Below are positions 17,351 through 27,268 of a stretch of 64,000 bases of DNA, piece by piece. Both the position numbers and the translations under genes were made by a program. Position 1 is the first letter of the stretch, and each line of letters begins with the position of its first letter. This stretch comes from a virus (taxonomy: Duplodnaviria > Caudoviricetes): the IMG/VR virus record IMGVR_UViG_3300033066_001283, positions 1 through 64,000 of that record; one strand, written 5' to 3'. The notes below the pieces were generated by a model. The model was not told the origin of the DNA. It saw only the letters and a program-made list of their open reading frames with translations, and made no database searches.

Positions 17351-17986
17351 TTATGGAGGGGTTTCATTTTCCTTTCCTGGAAACCATTTCTTACAGTATT
17401 GTTTATAATTATTCAGATAGGAAATAGAATTTCTTTCTCCTTCTGAAAAGTGTAACATTTTAATATCAACGATTCTATTAGTGTATCCTAATTCCATAGA
17501 GGTATTACAAGCCCAGAGATCCGAGAAATGAATACCTGGAAGCTCATCAGGAAAAAGAATAGGCTTATCTGTAGCCATAAACAAAGAATCTAGATGAAAT
17601 GCTTCAGTGTCTACTGGACCAAACTTAGTATAATCATTAAGATCATGATGATAAATCTGACCACCAATATATGGAGAAGTCCACCAAGATCCATGATTAC
17701 CTATTATATTTCCTGCTACACCAATAAAGCCAGTATTAGGGTAATTTAAGAAAGCGTCTTGGACTCTAGATACAAAATCTAGATCTATTATTTCAACATC
17801 ACTATGTATATAACATCTAATATAGTCTTTATACTTATCTAGAACTGAATTATAAGCTTTAGAAATAGAGTCAAATTCTCTGATTCTAATAGAATCAAGA
17901 TTCAGATTATTAATAGATTTTTGAATATGTTTCTCATACTTTCCATCATTTCTATTATCCCAAGTAATTAAGATCAAAGGCTTCAT
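17351..17986 (-). CDS. GT2-like glycosyltransferase
   Basis: SISKAYN, YIHSDVEI, GFIGVAG, HFSDL. Confidence 0.75.
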   Translation of the reverse strand: MKPLILITWDNRNDGKYEKHIQKSINNLNLDSIRIREFDSISKAYNSVLDKYKDYIRCYIHSDVEIIDLDFVSRVQDAFLNYPNTGFIGVAGNIIGNHGSWWTSPYIGGQIYHHDLNDYTKFGPVDTEAFHLDSLFMATDKPILFPDELPGIHFSDLWACNTSMELGYTNRIVDIKMLHFSEGERNSISYLNNYKQYCKKWFPGKENETPP

Positions 17987-18579
17987 AGATGAGCTCCTAT
18001 AATAGGCTTAATACAATAATAATTAGATCCAAGCTCTACAGCTTTCTCACAAATTTTTCCATCTAAACCTGTATAGACTAGTATCTCTGAGGATAACTGA
18101 GTTAAAACTTTAATTGCTAATTCAGTTTTAATTACGAAGCTCATGAAATCAACATTACAGGTAACGGGTGTAGGATTTAAAACCTGAAATCTTTGTTCCC
18201 ATGCATAATTATGAATAATAGGCATTAAAAGTAATTCAGTTGGATTCTCCTTTAAACTATTTAAAACATCTTCAATAAAGATAGGCATATAAACGTTATC
18301 AGCATTAGTCCAATGAAGATACTCTGTTTGACAATTATTCATTCCTATTATTCTATTAGGATGCCCCCAATAGCCCTTATGTTCAGTTTCAATCCAAGTA
18401 AATCTAGAGTCATTTTGAATGTCTAATTTATCTGTTATATAGGGATCAGGATACACACCATCACAATATATTTGGCAATTCCATTCATCAGATTTATTTT
18501 GACACTGAAGAGAAGATACAAATCTTCTAAGTGTTGGTAAATCGTGCCCTGGCCAAGTAACAGCAATAATAGTTAACAT
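17983..18579 (-). CDS. GT2-family glycosyltransferase
   Basis: SLQCQ, YCDG, GYWGHPNR..G, TNADNVY. Confidence 0.75.
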   Translation of the reverse strand: MLTIIAVTWPGHDLPTLRRFVSSLQCQNKSDEWNCQIYCDGVYPDPYITDKLDIQNDSRFTWIETEHKGYWGHPNRIIGMNNCQTEYLHWTNADNVYMPIFIEDVLNSLKENPTELLLMPIIHNYAWEQRFQVLNPTPVTCNVDFMSFVIKTELAIKVLTQLSSEILVYTGLDGKICEKAVELGSNYYCIKPIIGAHL

Positions 18580-19799
18580 TAATAGACCTTCAATTCTGGT
18601 AATGGAACTACCAGTTTTGTTCCTCTGGATAAGAGATATTGTTCTCTTAAAGCCATCTGTCTAATAAAGTGCCAAGGAAGAACAAAGAGGTAATCTGGTT
18701 TCTTTTCTCTCATTTCTTCTTCAGAGATAATGGGTATACCAGTTCCAGCAGTAAACTTACCAACCTTAGGTCCATACCTTTCAGCAATAAATGGAAGAAG
18801 TTTAGGAGTGATACCAAAGTATTGAAGTAATGTATTGCCTTTAGTAGAACTGCCAAGACCAATTACTAGTTTACCTTCCTCCTTAGCCCTAGTAAGAAAC
18901 TCTAATGTTTGTTTCTTAGCTAATTCTATCCCTTCTGAGAACTTATTAAAATCAAGTGGATTAGCAGATTCATAATCTTGAATACTCTTAACTCTTATTT
19001 TACAGACTTCAACTTCATGCAAAGGCATAGTTGACATATCAGGATTAGGCATTGCATATACTCTAAAGCTACCACCATTAGTTGGATTTAATTGACAATC
19101 TATTATTGTAAAGCCACCTTGATCTAAGACTTGTTTAAGAGTATCAAGTGTATAATAGCATAAATGCTCTTCAGAGATATTACCTAACTCATTCTGAGTA
19201 AACATTAATGGTGTATAACTCATTTGAATTACTAATAAACCATCATCAGTTATACTTTCTTTGACATCCTGAATAAACTTGATTGGGTTATCTAGATCAT
19301 AGAACATAGCTATGATAGTGATAACTTTAGCTTTCTTATTAAACTGAGAGAAGACTTCTTTACTGAAGTAATCATTTATCAGCGTCATTTTATGTTTATC
19401 ATAAAGATCTGAGTTCTTTGCAATATCACAAGGATCGATTCCAACTCTAATTAAATTATTATCCCAGTTCGTAAGTAGTTCACCACTATTAGAAGCTATG
19501 TCTAGTACCAAATCCCCAGGAGAAACTGAAACATAATTATGGCATGAATCCACTATATCTTTCAGTTCTTTCTTCATACTCTCATTAATAGATGAGTTAT
19601 AGAAATATTTCTGATACATTTTATTAGGTGGATAAGAATTAAATAGTTGAAGTAATCCTGTAGGTCCTACTCCTAACTTTAACTCAACTAGATCGCCAGT
19701 GTTAATATTTTCTTTATCAACAAAGCCATTAACACGTTGTGTTCCTAAACTAAATACTTCTTTAAGTGGTTGATTAGTAATTCTGCAATTCAACTCCAA
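18579..19799 (-). CDS. SAM-dependent NDP-hexose C-methyltransferase
   Basis: N-terminal CRI...LG.Q, VLDIASNSG, GIDP, IAMFYDL, EHLCYY, GSSTKGNTLLQ, PDYLFVLPWHF. Confidence 0.88.
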   Translation of the reverse strand: MELNCRITNQPLKEVFSLGTQRVNGFVDKENINTGDLVELKLGVGPTGLLQLFNSYPPNKMYQKYFYNSSINESMKKELKDIVDSCHNYVSVSPGDLVLDIASNSGELLTNWDNNLIRVGIDPCDIAKNSDLYDKHKMTLINDYFSKEVFSQFNKKAKVITIIAMFYDLDNPIKFIQDVKESITDDGLLVIQMSYTPLMFTQNELGNISEEHLCYYTLDTLKQVLDQGGFTIIDCQLNPTNGGSFRVYAMPNPDMSTMPLHEVEVCKIRVKSIQDYESANPLDFNKFSEGIELAKKQTLEFLTRAKEEGKLVIGLGSSTKGNTLLQYFGITPKLLPFIAERYGPKVGKFTAGTGIPIISEEEMREKKPDYLFVLPWHFIRQMALREQYLLSRGTKLVVPLPELKVY

Positions 19800-20515
19800 T
19801 ATTCTCCTAATGTTTCTCTAAGCTCATAACTATAGCATTCTACCGGATATTTTGGCCAATTCATTTTAATTCTAGGAAGGGGTATAAATAGATTATCTCT
19901 AATTTCAAAATCTACTAACATAGCTTCATCTCTACATGGAGCATTATCTACTAAATAGTTAAGAGGATCAGAAATAAACTTATTAACTCTAGAATCATGT
20001 AAAGCATAGTAGTATTTACCTATAGCTGTTTCAGCTCTGTCTATTAGATTATAGTCTACAGGACCAGTATAGGTACAATGAGGAGCAGAGAACAATTTGA
20101 GTAGATTTTCTCTCTTCCCTATAAATAGATGATCTTTAGGATGAAAGGGAAATGTTTTATACATTCCTAAAGTAAAAATAAGATTTGGATTATTCCGATC
20201 AAAAAATTCTTTAATTAATGGAAGATCTAAAATGATTTGATCAGTTCTAGCTTTAATACAAAATTCGGTTTCAGTTCTCTTTATACCCTCTAAAGATGAC
20301 ACCAACTGTTTATTTCTATTACCCACTCCATAAATAGGAGGAGGAGTATTAAAAATCATAGTACAGTTATTTAAAGGATCAGATTGCTCCCAAGTAGATA
20401 CATAAATATTGTTAACCCAATCACATTTTAAGTATTCATCTATAACTTGATTTGTCCAAGAGTATATTGGACCCTGTAAAACAATATCAAATTTCATACT
20501 TATCATTTGGAACAC
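19790..20515 (-). CDS. WavE-like LPS synthesis protein
   Basis: IVLQGPI, VSTWE, NRNKQLVSS.EG, IKARTDQ, FHPKDHLF.G. Confidence 0.7.
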   Translation of the reverse strand: MFQMISMKFDIVLQGPIYSWTNQVIDEYLKCDWVNNIYVSTWEQSDPLNNCTMIFNTPPPIYGVGNRNKQLVSSLEGIKRTETEFCIKARTDQIILDLPLIKEFFDRNNPNLIFTLGMYKTFPFHPKDHLFIGKRENLLKLFSAPHCTYTGPVDYNLIDRAETAIGKYYYALHDSRVNKFISDPLNYLVDNAPCRDEAMLVDFEIRDNLFIPLPRIKMNWPKYPVECYSYELRETLGEYWS

Positions 20516-20813
20516 TAGGCATTTTAACTATTACTAGTTCTGTTTCTTCTAAAAATTCAATATCAGAATGCTCTTCTGGGCGGAAAATGAATATATCAGT
20601 CGGACCTAATATATCTTCTCCAACTTTCATCCTACCTCTGATAATCAAATTTATTTCAGTAGAAATTTTATGAATATGAGGAGCCGCAATATGAGGTTGG
20701 TAGATATGATATGCTACTTCAAAATCAGAGGTTCTAATTATGCTCTTATCAAAAAAGCCAAGGAACCAGCCATTATTGAATTCAGATAGGTTTCTTATTT
20801 CCATATTCTTCAA
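20487..20813 (-). CDS. cupin (RmlC-like) protein
   Basis: GWFLGFF, FEVAY, HIHK..TEIN, VKMPSVPNDKY. Confidence 0.75.
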   Translation of the reverse strand: MKNMEIRNLSEFNNGWFLGFFDKSIIRTSDFEVAYHIYQPHIAAPHIHKISTEINLIIRGRMKVGEDILGPTDIFIFRPEEHSDIEFLEETELVIVKMPSVPNDKYEI

Positions 20814-21948
20814 TTTTCATTAATCTATTTTGATGCCTACCACCTTCAAATTTGTTAGATAAAATAAGTTTAAGGTAAGAAGATAACATTTCCAGTGTAG
20901 CATTATAAGAGGCTATAGAGAAGAAATTAGGTAGGTTATGTTTAATTGCGTATTCAGCAGAATATTCATTATAAATAAGTGCGGATCTAATTCCATCAAT
21001 CTTATTAGCAGTAATATTTATACCTTGACCACTACGGCAGAATCCAAAAGCATAATCTATCATTCCATCATTTATACCTAATGCTGTTTGATAAACATAA
21101 TCACTATAGTCGCTATCTTCAGATGTATAACAACCAAAATCTGTATATTCAAGACCATTTTGAGATAACAACCTCTTAAATATCTCTTTAGCCTGAAATC
21201 CAGAATGATCAGAGCATAGGCCAATTGGCTTATTACCAATCTTAGGAAGTATTTGATCTTTAAAGAAAGTATATTCTTTAGGGGTTCCAAAGAGATATAA
21301 ACTATCAACAGATCGTGCTTTTATTTTCTTACCTTGATCTATAAGAATATTATAGAGTGGAGCAATATAATATTCATTATTAATAAGGTATTTAGAATCA
21401 GAAAGCATTATTCTAGAAGCTTGAATAAAGTCTAAGGTACTTTTAAAGCAATAAATACCTACAGAAGCATCATTACTAATAACTTTCTTTTCAGTAGTCA
21501 TAACTGCGTATCCTTTCTCATCAGTTTTAACATAACTATACAATGGACTATTAGCTTTAAATGTAAGAATTAAACCATCATCTGGAACTGATAAATCAAA
21601 TATTGGAGAGAACATCACATCCAATGTATTTATAATTAAAGGTCTATCTACTTCAAGATCAGGTAACGCTTCCATACAAGTAAATACAGCACCATGTTGA
21701 GGTCTAGATAAAACAATAACCTTTGATCCAGGATATTTATTTTTGAGGATTGTATCTAGCTGATAATTAGATGCAGTATCATCTCTCATTAAGAACACAA
21801 TATCACAGTTAGAATAGTCTATAGAAGACATAGACCAGTCTAATAAAGTCTTATTATCTGCCATAATAAGTTGCTTGGGTATAGTGTACCCCGCATCGAA
21901 AAATCTTTGAGCCTTACCAGCAATAGGAATTAAGAGGAGTGGTCGCAT
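20782..21948 (-). CDS. sugar nucleotidyltransferase fused to an RpiB/LacAB-type sugar-phosphate isomerase
   Basis: N-terminal PIAGKAQRF...PKQLI, EKK.ISN.A..GIY, NEYYIAPLYN, GTPKE; C-terminal SDHSGF..K, DY.DY, CRSGQG..I.ANK, HN, FEGGRH. Confidence 0.88.
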   Translation of the reverse strand: MRPLLLIPIAGKAQRFFDAGYTIPKQLIMADNKTLLDWSMSSIDYSNCDIVFLMRDDTASNYQLDTILKNKYPGSKVIVLSRPQHGAVFTCMEALPDLEVDRPLIINTLDVMFSPIFDLSVPDDGLILTFKANSPLYSYVKTDEKGYAVMTTEKKVISNDASVGIYCFKSTLDFIQASRIMLSDSKYLINNEYYIAPLYNILIDQGKKIKARSVDSLYLFGTPKEYTFFKDQILPKIGNKPIGLCSDHSGFQAKEIFKRLLSQNGLEYTDFGCYTSEDSDYSDYVYQTALGINDGMIDYAFGFCRSGQGINITANKIDGIRSALIYNEYSAEYAIKHNLPNFFSIASYNATLEMLSSYLKLILSNKFEGGRHQNRLMKIEEYGNKKPI

Positions 21949-22640
21949 CGTTCTAGTAATCTAAGTTTAGTTTTTTCATGTACTAATTTTGCTAATTCCA
22001 GAAAATCTATTTCTGTGTCTAAATTGTACGTTTTAATTCCTTTAATCATATTAGCAGCAAATATATCTCCAGCTCCTACCACATCAGTTAGATCTTCAGT
22101 AGGAAAGTTATATTCTCTAATTCTATTTAGGGTACCAATAACAATAGATCTATTAGAGTGTATAAAGAAAGCTTTTTTAGCTTTAATATCAGAAAGAAAA
22201 ACATCATTAGAGAGAAAAACATAGTCTAATAATGGTCCTTCCTTATAATTAATAAAGTCTCCAGAAGTAGTTTTATATATAGTCAAATCCATTTCATTAC
22301 CTGGACAAGTATCAACATATGATATATGAGCCCAATCATTCTTAGGAGTTAAAACTATATTAGGACTTTCTGGAATATTATGTACACTCATCTTAGTGCT
22401 ATTTTGTATAACAGTAGCAGTAGCAGTTCTATCGGAAATAGTCAAAATAGGAGTACAATAATCTTTAATTTCTTTAGAGATTAGATCTCCAAATACATCA
22501 TTTCCAACAACAGAGAAGAGATGATTGTTTTTATCATTTAATTCTCTAGCCACATTAGCAATACCACCAGACTGATATCTAAACTTATTAGGCTCTGTGT
22601 ATATATGGTCCCAAAATAAATTGCCAATTAAATCAAACAT
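21930..22640 (-). CDS. PfkB-family carbohydrate kinase
   Basis: GGIANVA, VGND..G, DVVGAGDIFAA. Confidence 0.82.
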   Translation of the reverse strand: MFDLIGNLFWDHIYTEPNKFRYQSGGIANVARELNDKNNHLFSVVGNDVFGDLISKEIKDYCTPILTISDRTATATVIQNSTKMSVHNIPESPNIVLTPKNDWAHISYVDTCPGNEMDLTIYKTTSGDFINYKEGPLLDYVFLSNDVFLSDIKAKKAFFIHSNRSIVIGTLNRIREYNFPTEDLTDVVGAGDIFAANMIKGIKTYNLDTEIDFLELAKLVHEKTKLRLLERCDHSS

Positions 22641-23548
22641 TATAAATAATCAAATGGGTAGTTATCTGGTAAATCGTATAAACTATACAATTCATCAATA
22701 GCTCCCTTACCCCCATTAGTTTTTAATCTAGTAGCATTAAGAGATAAAGATGCATCAGCAGGACAGTAACTCTTAACTAAATTACATGCTGATAAGTCAT
22801 AATAATCATCACCTACAAATATAAATTGTGAATAAGGTAGTTTGTATTTTTTAGCTAGTTCATTAATAATTAAGTTCTTATCTAATACACCATTTATAGG
22901 TTCAACTATTTTATAGTCCAAATTCCTAGATTTAGCCATTCCCACATTCCATTCATCCCCAGTAAGAAGAAAAACTTTGACACCTGCAGCTTTAAATCTT
23001 TTAATTGCAGTAAAATCTCTATCACAAAAGGATTTAGCTAACTTCTTATGATCTTTATCATAGAGTTTAGTTCCATCTGTTAAAACCCCATCCACATCCA
23101 AAAGTAAGACTCTAAATGGAAGACCTTTAGTATGTTTGGATACATAATCAGTGCAGATACCATAAATATCCTCAGGTACATATTTTTCATATTCTATATG
23201 AGTATAGATAGTATTTTTGATAGGGCCAGCAAGTTGGTGAGCCCAAGACACAAAAGTATTTTTCACAGGAACTATTCTTTCATTAGTCTGTTTAAATACT
23301 TGAGCTCCTAATAATTCTAATTGTATAAGTGCCTGATCATCTTTTGCATGGCACCAAATTCTCGAATCAATAAAGAAGTTTCGATCAACCTCATACAATG
23401 GTTCATCATGGCCAAGTAAGTACCCATTTTTATACCAAACATCTATCTCAACATCATAACCTAAGTTTAAAGCTTGAACAATATACTCAGGATGATTCTC
23501 TTTTTCAGAGGGTCCATTTATATTGCCTCTATGAGCTATATATTTCAT
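22640..23548 (-). CDS. GDPD/PLC-like phosphodiesterase fused to a KdsC-type HAD phosphatase
   Basis: IAHRGN, EN.PEY, DVEIDVW, LGHD, WCHAK, GICTD; LDVDGVLTDG, LTG, VGDDYYD, GGKGA. Confidence 0.85.
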   Translation of the reverse strand: MKYIAHRGNINGPSEKENHPEYIVQALNLGYDVEIDVWYKNGYLLGHDEPLYEVDRNFFIDSRIWCHAKDDQALIQLELLGAQVFKQTNERIVPVKNTFVSWAHQLAGPIKNTIYTHIEYEKYVPEDIYGICTDYVSKHTKGLPFRVLLLDVDGVLTDGTKLYDKDHKKLAKSFCDRDFTAIKRFKAAGVKVFLLTGDEWNVGMAKSRNLDYKIVEPINGVLDKNLIINELAKKYKLPYSQFIFVGDDYYDLSACNLVKSYCPADASLSLNATRLKTNGGKGAIDELYSLYDLPDNYPFDYL

Positions 23549-24227
23549 CTATGCTTACCTGGAATATACCATTCATATGTAATATGATTATACCATTGGT
23601 TACCCTTAATATACCCAAATTGTGACAACCATTTTTCAATCTTATCTACCTCATCTGGACCATATTGATCATTACCAACAGGAGAACTTTCTACAAAAAG
23701 AACTGGAAGATCACGTTCTATTGTTTTTTTAGAGCCTTTTAATGCTTCTAATTCAGGGCCTTCCATATCAAAAATAAGCATGGTAACATCTTTAAGGTCT
23801 TTAGAATCTAGAGATTTTAAAATAGTATCTTTACCTTTTTATTACCGCTAAAAGAAGTACATCCCGGCTCATGATTATGATACTGAACCATTGTAGATTT
23901 TACATCAGAACTCCATAATCCTTCATTATAACATTTAATAGTTGGATACTTTTCAGTATTTTTAACTAATAAAGGATAGGAAATAGGATGAGGTTCAAAA
24001 GCATGTATCTCTTTATGCTCTAAATAATTAGCACAAAATAATGGATGATTACCACAGTGTGCACCAGCATCAACAATAGTTTTATGTGTTGGGTATGTAT
24101 TACGTATATATTCTAGAAGTTCAAATTCATAAAAAGTTCCAGTACTAGAAATATGTTCAGCTATAGAAGATCCATCAGGAAATTCTAACTCTATATTTTT
24201 TTCTAGGTATTCGATATTAACAATCAT
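23545..24227 (-). pseudogene. FkbM-family methyltransferase split by a -1 frameshift (ORFs 23817..24227 and 23545..23781)
   Basis: VDAGAHCGNH and HAFEP in the first ORF; the -1 frame continues KGKDTILKSLDSKDLKDVTMLIFDMEGPELEALKG...PVLFVE; one extra A in the A5 run (23836-23840) restores the frame. Confidence 0.75.
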
Positions 24228-24475
24228 ATTTTTATATCTTTTTCTATATTAAGAATCATTTTATCGATAGCATTCTTCAAAGCTGATCTTTGAGAGTTAA
24301 GTTTTGCCGCTTTTGTTCCCGCCTTTGCTATTTTTACAAGTTCATTCATGTCTAGATTCTCAATATCTTCGGGAGCTGATAGAGTTATATCTACTAACAT
24401 AAAGATCTTAAGATTTACAATAGAGAGCATATCTACTAACTCTCCTATAGAATAATGGGTGTAATCATATACCAT
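24224..24475 (-). CDS. small helical protein (DUF4254-like)
   Basis: SIGELVD.LSI..LKIF...N.QRS.LK..ID. Confidence 0.5.
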   Translation of the reverse strand: MVYDYTHYSIGELVDMLSIVNLKIFMLVDITLSAPEDIENLDMNELVKIAKAGTKAAKLNSQRSALKNAIDKMILNIEKDIKI

Positions 24476-25262
24476 ACTGTAATAATTGTAGCAATTTATC
24501 TTGAACTAAATTAGAATCGCCTCTAATGCAATAATCTCTACCATACCAGCTTAATCCAAAATCGAAATGATTTAGAGATGTAGACTGTTCATAGTAAATA
24601 ACCTGTGGATATTTACAAATATAAGCTAGACAGGAAATTGCACTATAAGTTGTTAGTAGAACCTTATCTTTAAGAGTTTCTACCATATCAGTAAAACTTG
24701 TGGATAAAATAAACTCAGGATTATATTTTAGAAGGCATTGATATTTAGTTTCATCTTCTTCAAACAATGAGATATATAACTTAGTATTAAGATTGGACAT
24801 AACTATATCTGCACACCTTATAACTTCTTCATTAGCATACGGTCTGGAAGATTGAGCCTCAAGTAGTATTCCAGTAGGATTTTTGTACTCAACTTGATCG
24901 ATACAATTCTGGCTTAGCAAATTTATAGAATCTATTGGAACATCTGCTAAAGAAGAGAGTGTAAGATTATTATCTGGAAAGGTTTTATAGCCAAGATGGT
25001 ATACATTTGTCCAATTAGAAGTAAAATACTGTTCTTGATTGAAGTGATAAGGTTGTCCTCCACAGAAGTACTCAGTAACTCCATCTATGCAAAATGCGGT
25101 ATTTACCCATGATTGATTCTGTAAGAGTGGAAGAAGCTTGTAAGAAGCATTATCTAAGCAAAGATCTACTTTACAGTTATTTTGTAAAGAGTATTGGTAT
25201 GCAATAGGAAGTTTGCATAGATTATCTCCTAGTTTTCCTGGAAGAGTAAAAATAGTGTTCAT
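24465..25262 (-). CDS. GT9-like (heptosyltransferase-like) glycosyltransferase
   Basis: PGKLGD.L..LP, L..QSWV. Confidence 0.5.
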   Translation of the reverse strand: MNTIFTLPGKLGDNLCKLPIAYQYSLQNNCKVDLCLDNASYKLLPLLQNQSWVNTAFCIDGVTEYFCGGQPYHFNQEQYFTSNWTNVYHLGYKTFPDNNLTLSSLADVPIDSINLLSQNCIDQVEYKNPTGILLEAQSSRPYANEEVIRCADIVMSNLNTKLYISLFEEDETKYQCLLKYNPEFILSTSFTDMVETLKDKVLLTTYSAISCLAYICKYPQVIYYEQSTSLNHFDFGLSWYGRDYCIRGDSNLVQDKLLQLLQYGI

Positions 25263-26170
25263 ATATTAATAATCTCTAGTATTTGATTGTAAAATACTTT
25301 TGGAGACCATTGATGCTGTAAGTCAAGCACGCTTTGATTTCCTAGAATTAATGCATCCTTTATAGACATAGAAGGGTAACAAGGAAGAAGAGAGTTAACA
25401 TGTTTAAATTGCTCAGAAGGAGTGAGAAGCAGAGGAGCTGAAGATGAAATACAATAGTCTACTGCACTACTTAATCCACGATTTGTATTATGATCATAAA
25501 ATAAACAGTTAATACTATTAGTACCTAGCCAATTAACGCACTCAGAATCGCTCATTCTATGAGTAGTAATATTCAATTGTGTTCCAGGCTTTGTTACTTT
25601 AGACCTGCAGTTATTAATAACTGCGTTTAGTGTTTCTGCACCGTCATTAAAATATGCTTGTGTGATATGGAGATTTATAATAGCTTCTTCAAATTCTGAA
25701 CAGACAGCTTCTACAAGTCTAGGAAAGCCTTTATTATGAAAAGCAAATCCAAACGAGCCTATCGTAGGTATAGAAGGAGGAGTATAGCTACCAAAAGGTA
25801 AAAGAGGTCTGATAGTTTTAACCCATCTAGAATCCTTACCAGTTAAGTCTAATGCATTATTAGCTACTAGCCATAAATCAAAGAAAGGATCAGCAACTCC
25901 ATTAACTGATTCCTGAGTTATTTCATGAAGAAGTCCAATAAATTTTCCTGACTTTTCTAGTGAATGTACCCATGGCATAAGACCAGGATAGTAATTAAAA
26001 ATTACTATATCTGAGGAGGAAATATATGCTTGTGCTTCTTCTTTAGAGTTTGCTTCTAGATATGAAAAGATTTCAGGATTAAAAGAATGTAGAATTTCAA
26101 ACATTCTTTTACCGTGTGCATGCACACCACAGACTTCAGAATGGTTATGATTAACTATTAGAACTTTCAT
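25259..26170 (-). CDS. GT-B fold (GT4-like) glycosyltransferase
   Basis: CGVH, IGSFGF...KGF..LV, LSSAVDY. Confidence 0.65.
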   Translation of the reverse strand: MKVLIVNHNHSEVCGVHAHGKRMFEILHSFNPEIFSYLEANSKEEAQAYISSSDIVIFNYYPGLMPWVHSLEKSGKFIGLLHEITQESVNGVADPFFDLWLVANNALDLTGKDSRWVKTIRPLLPFGSYTPPSIPTIGSFGFAFHNKGFPRLVEAVCSEFEEAIINLHITQAYFNDGAETLNAVINNCRSKVTKPGTQLNITTHRMSDSECVNWLGTNSINCLFYDHNTNRGLSSAVDYCISSSAPLLLTPSEQFKHVNSLLPCYPSMSIKDALILGNQSVLDLQHQWSPKVFYNQILEIINI

Positions 26171-27128
26171 TCTTTAGATCATACTCCACCATAATTTTAA
26201 TTAACTGATTAATGTTTGTTTCTGGTTTCCAGCCTAACACTTTCTCAGCCTTAGAATAGTCTGCTCTTAGTTCATGATGATCAAGAGGTCTAATAAATTG
26301 TGGATCTACCTCAACATATTTCTCCCAATCTAGGCCTACTTCTGAGAATGCTATATTAAGAAAATCTCTAAGTTTAGTACACACTCCTGTACCAATTACA
26401 AATTCATCAGGTTTATCATGCTGAAGAATTAAATGCATTGCCTTAACGTAATCCTTAGCATACCCCCAATCTCTACCAGTATCAAGATTTCCTAGAGATA
26501 ACTTATCTTGTAATCCTAGTTTAATTCTAGCAGCCGCTTTAGTTATTTTACGTGTTACAAAAGTATCAGGTCTACGTGGGCTCTCGTGGTTGAATAAAAT
26601 TCCTTGAGCTACAAACATATTAAAAGCATCTCTATGATGTTTACATTGATAATAGGCTGCAATTTTAGCAACTGAGTATGTTGATGTGGGAGCAAAAGGA
26701 GTATCTTCACCTTGAGGCGCAGGAGCCAAACCAAATATTTCAGAAGTAGTTGCTTGATAAATCTTAGATTCAGGGCAAACTAATCTGGCTGCCTCTAAAA
26801 TTCTAAGAAGTCCTATTGCATTAATATCCATAGTTTCAATTGGCATATCATAGCTAGTTTGAACATGACTTTGGGCTGCAAGACAATAGATTTCTGTAGG
26901 TTTTATCTGAGAAAATAACCCAATTAATTGTTCAGTTGAAGCAAGACTACCAGTATGAAGATGAAGCTTATCTTTAATATGTTCAATATTTTTAAGATTA
27001 TTACCGCCACTAACCTTTCTAACTAAACCATGAACTTCATATCCTAGATCTAATAAATACTCAGCAAGATATGATCCATCTTGTCCAGTGACACCAGTAA
27101 TAAATGCTTTCTTCTGTTTATCTACCAT
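26151..27128 (-). CDS. gmd: GDP-mannose 4,6-dehydratase
   Basis: ITGVTGQDGSYLAE, LAAQSHV, YQATTSE, YSVAK, LFNHESPRR..FVTRKIT, LGNLD..RDWG. Confidence 0.96.
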   Translation of the reverse strand: MVDKQKKAFITGVTGQDGSYLAEYLLDLGYEVHGLVRKVSGGNNLKNIEHIKDKLHLHTGSLASTEQLIGLFSQIKPTEIYCLAAQSHVQTSYDMPIETMDINAIGLLRILEAARLVCPESKIYQATTSEIFGLAPAPQGEDTPFAPTSTYSVAKIAAYYQCKHHRDAFNMFVAQGILFNHESPRRPDTFVTRKITKAAARIKLGLQDKLSLGNLDTGRDWGYAKDYVKAMHLILQHDKPDEFVIGTGVCTKLRDFLNIAFSEVGLDWEKYVEVDPQFIRPLDHHELRADYSKAEKVLGWKPETNINQLIKIMVEYDLKNESSNS

Positions 27129-27268
27129 TCATTATTTCCTCTTTTCTCTGCTAGCAAAGCTCCCATTCCACCAAGCATAGCATCTGGGTCTTTGAGAAGC
27201 CCTAAAGAACCATTAACTATATGCTGTACGATAGATTTACCAACTAAAGCATGCTTAGAGTTAATCAT
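27122..27268 (-). pseudogene. 48-codon orphan duplicate of the C-terminus of glycosyltransferase 27985..28653
   Basis: MINSKHALVGKSIVQHIVNGSLGLLKDPDAMLGGMGALLAEKRGNNEW*; 27/34 aa identical to the GT segment NSRHALVGKSVVQHLTNGSLGLVKDPDQMLAGMG; not in the ORF track. Confidence 0.85.
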
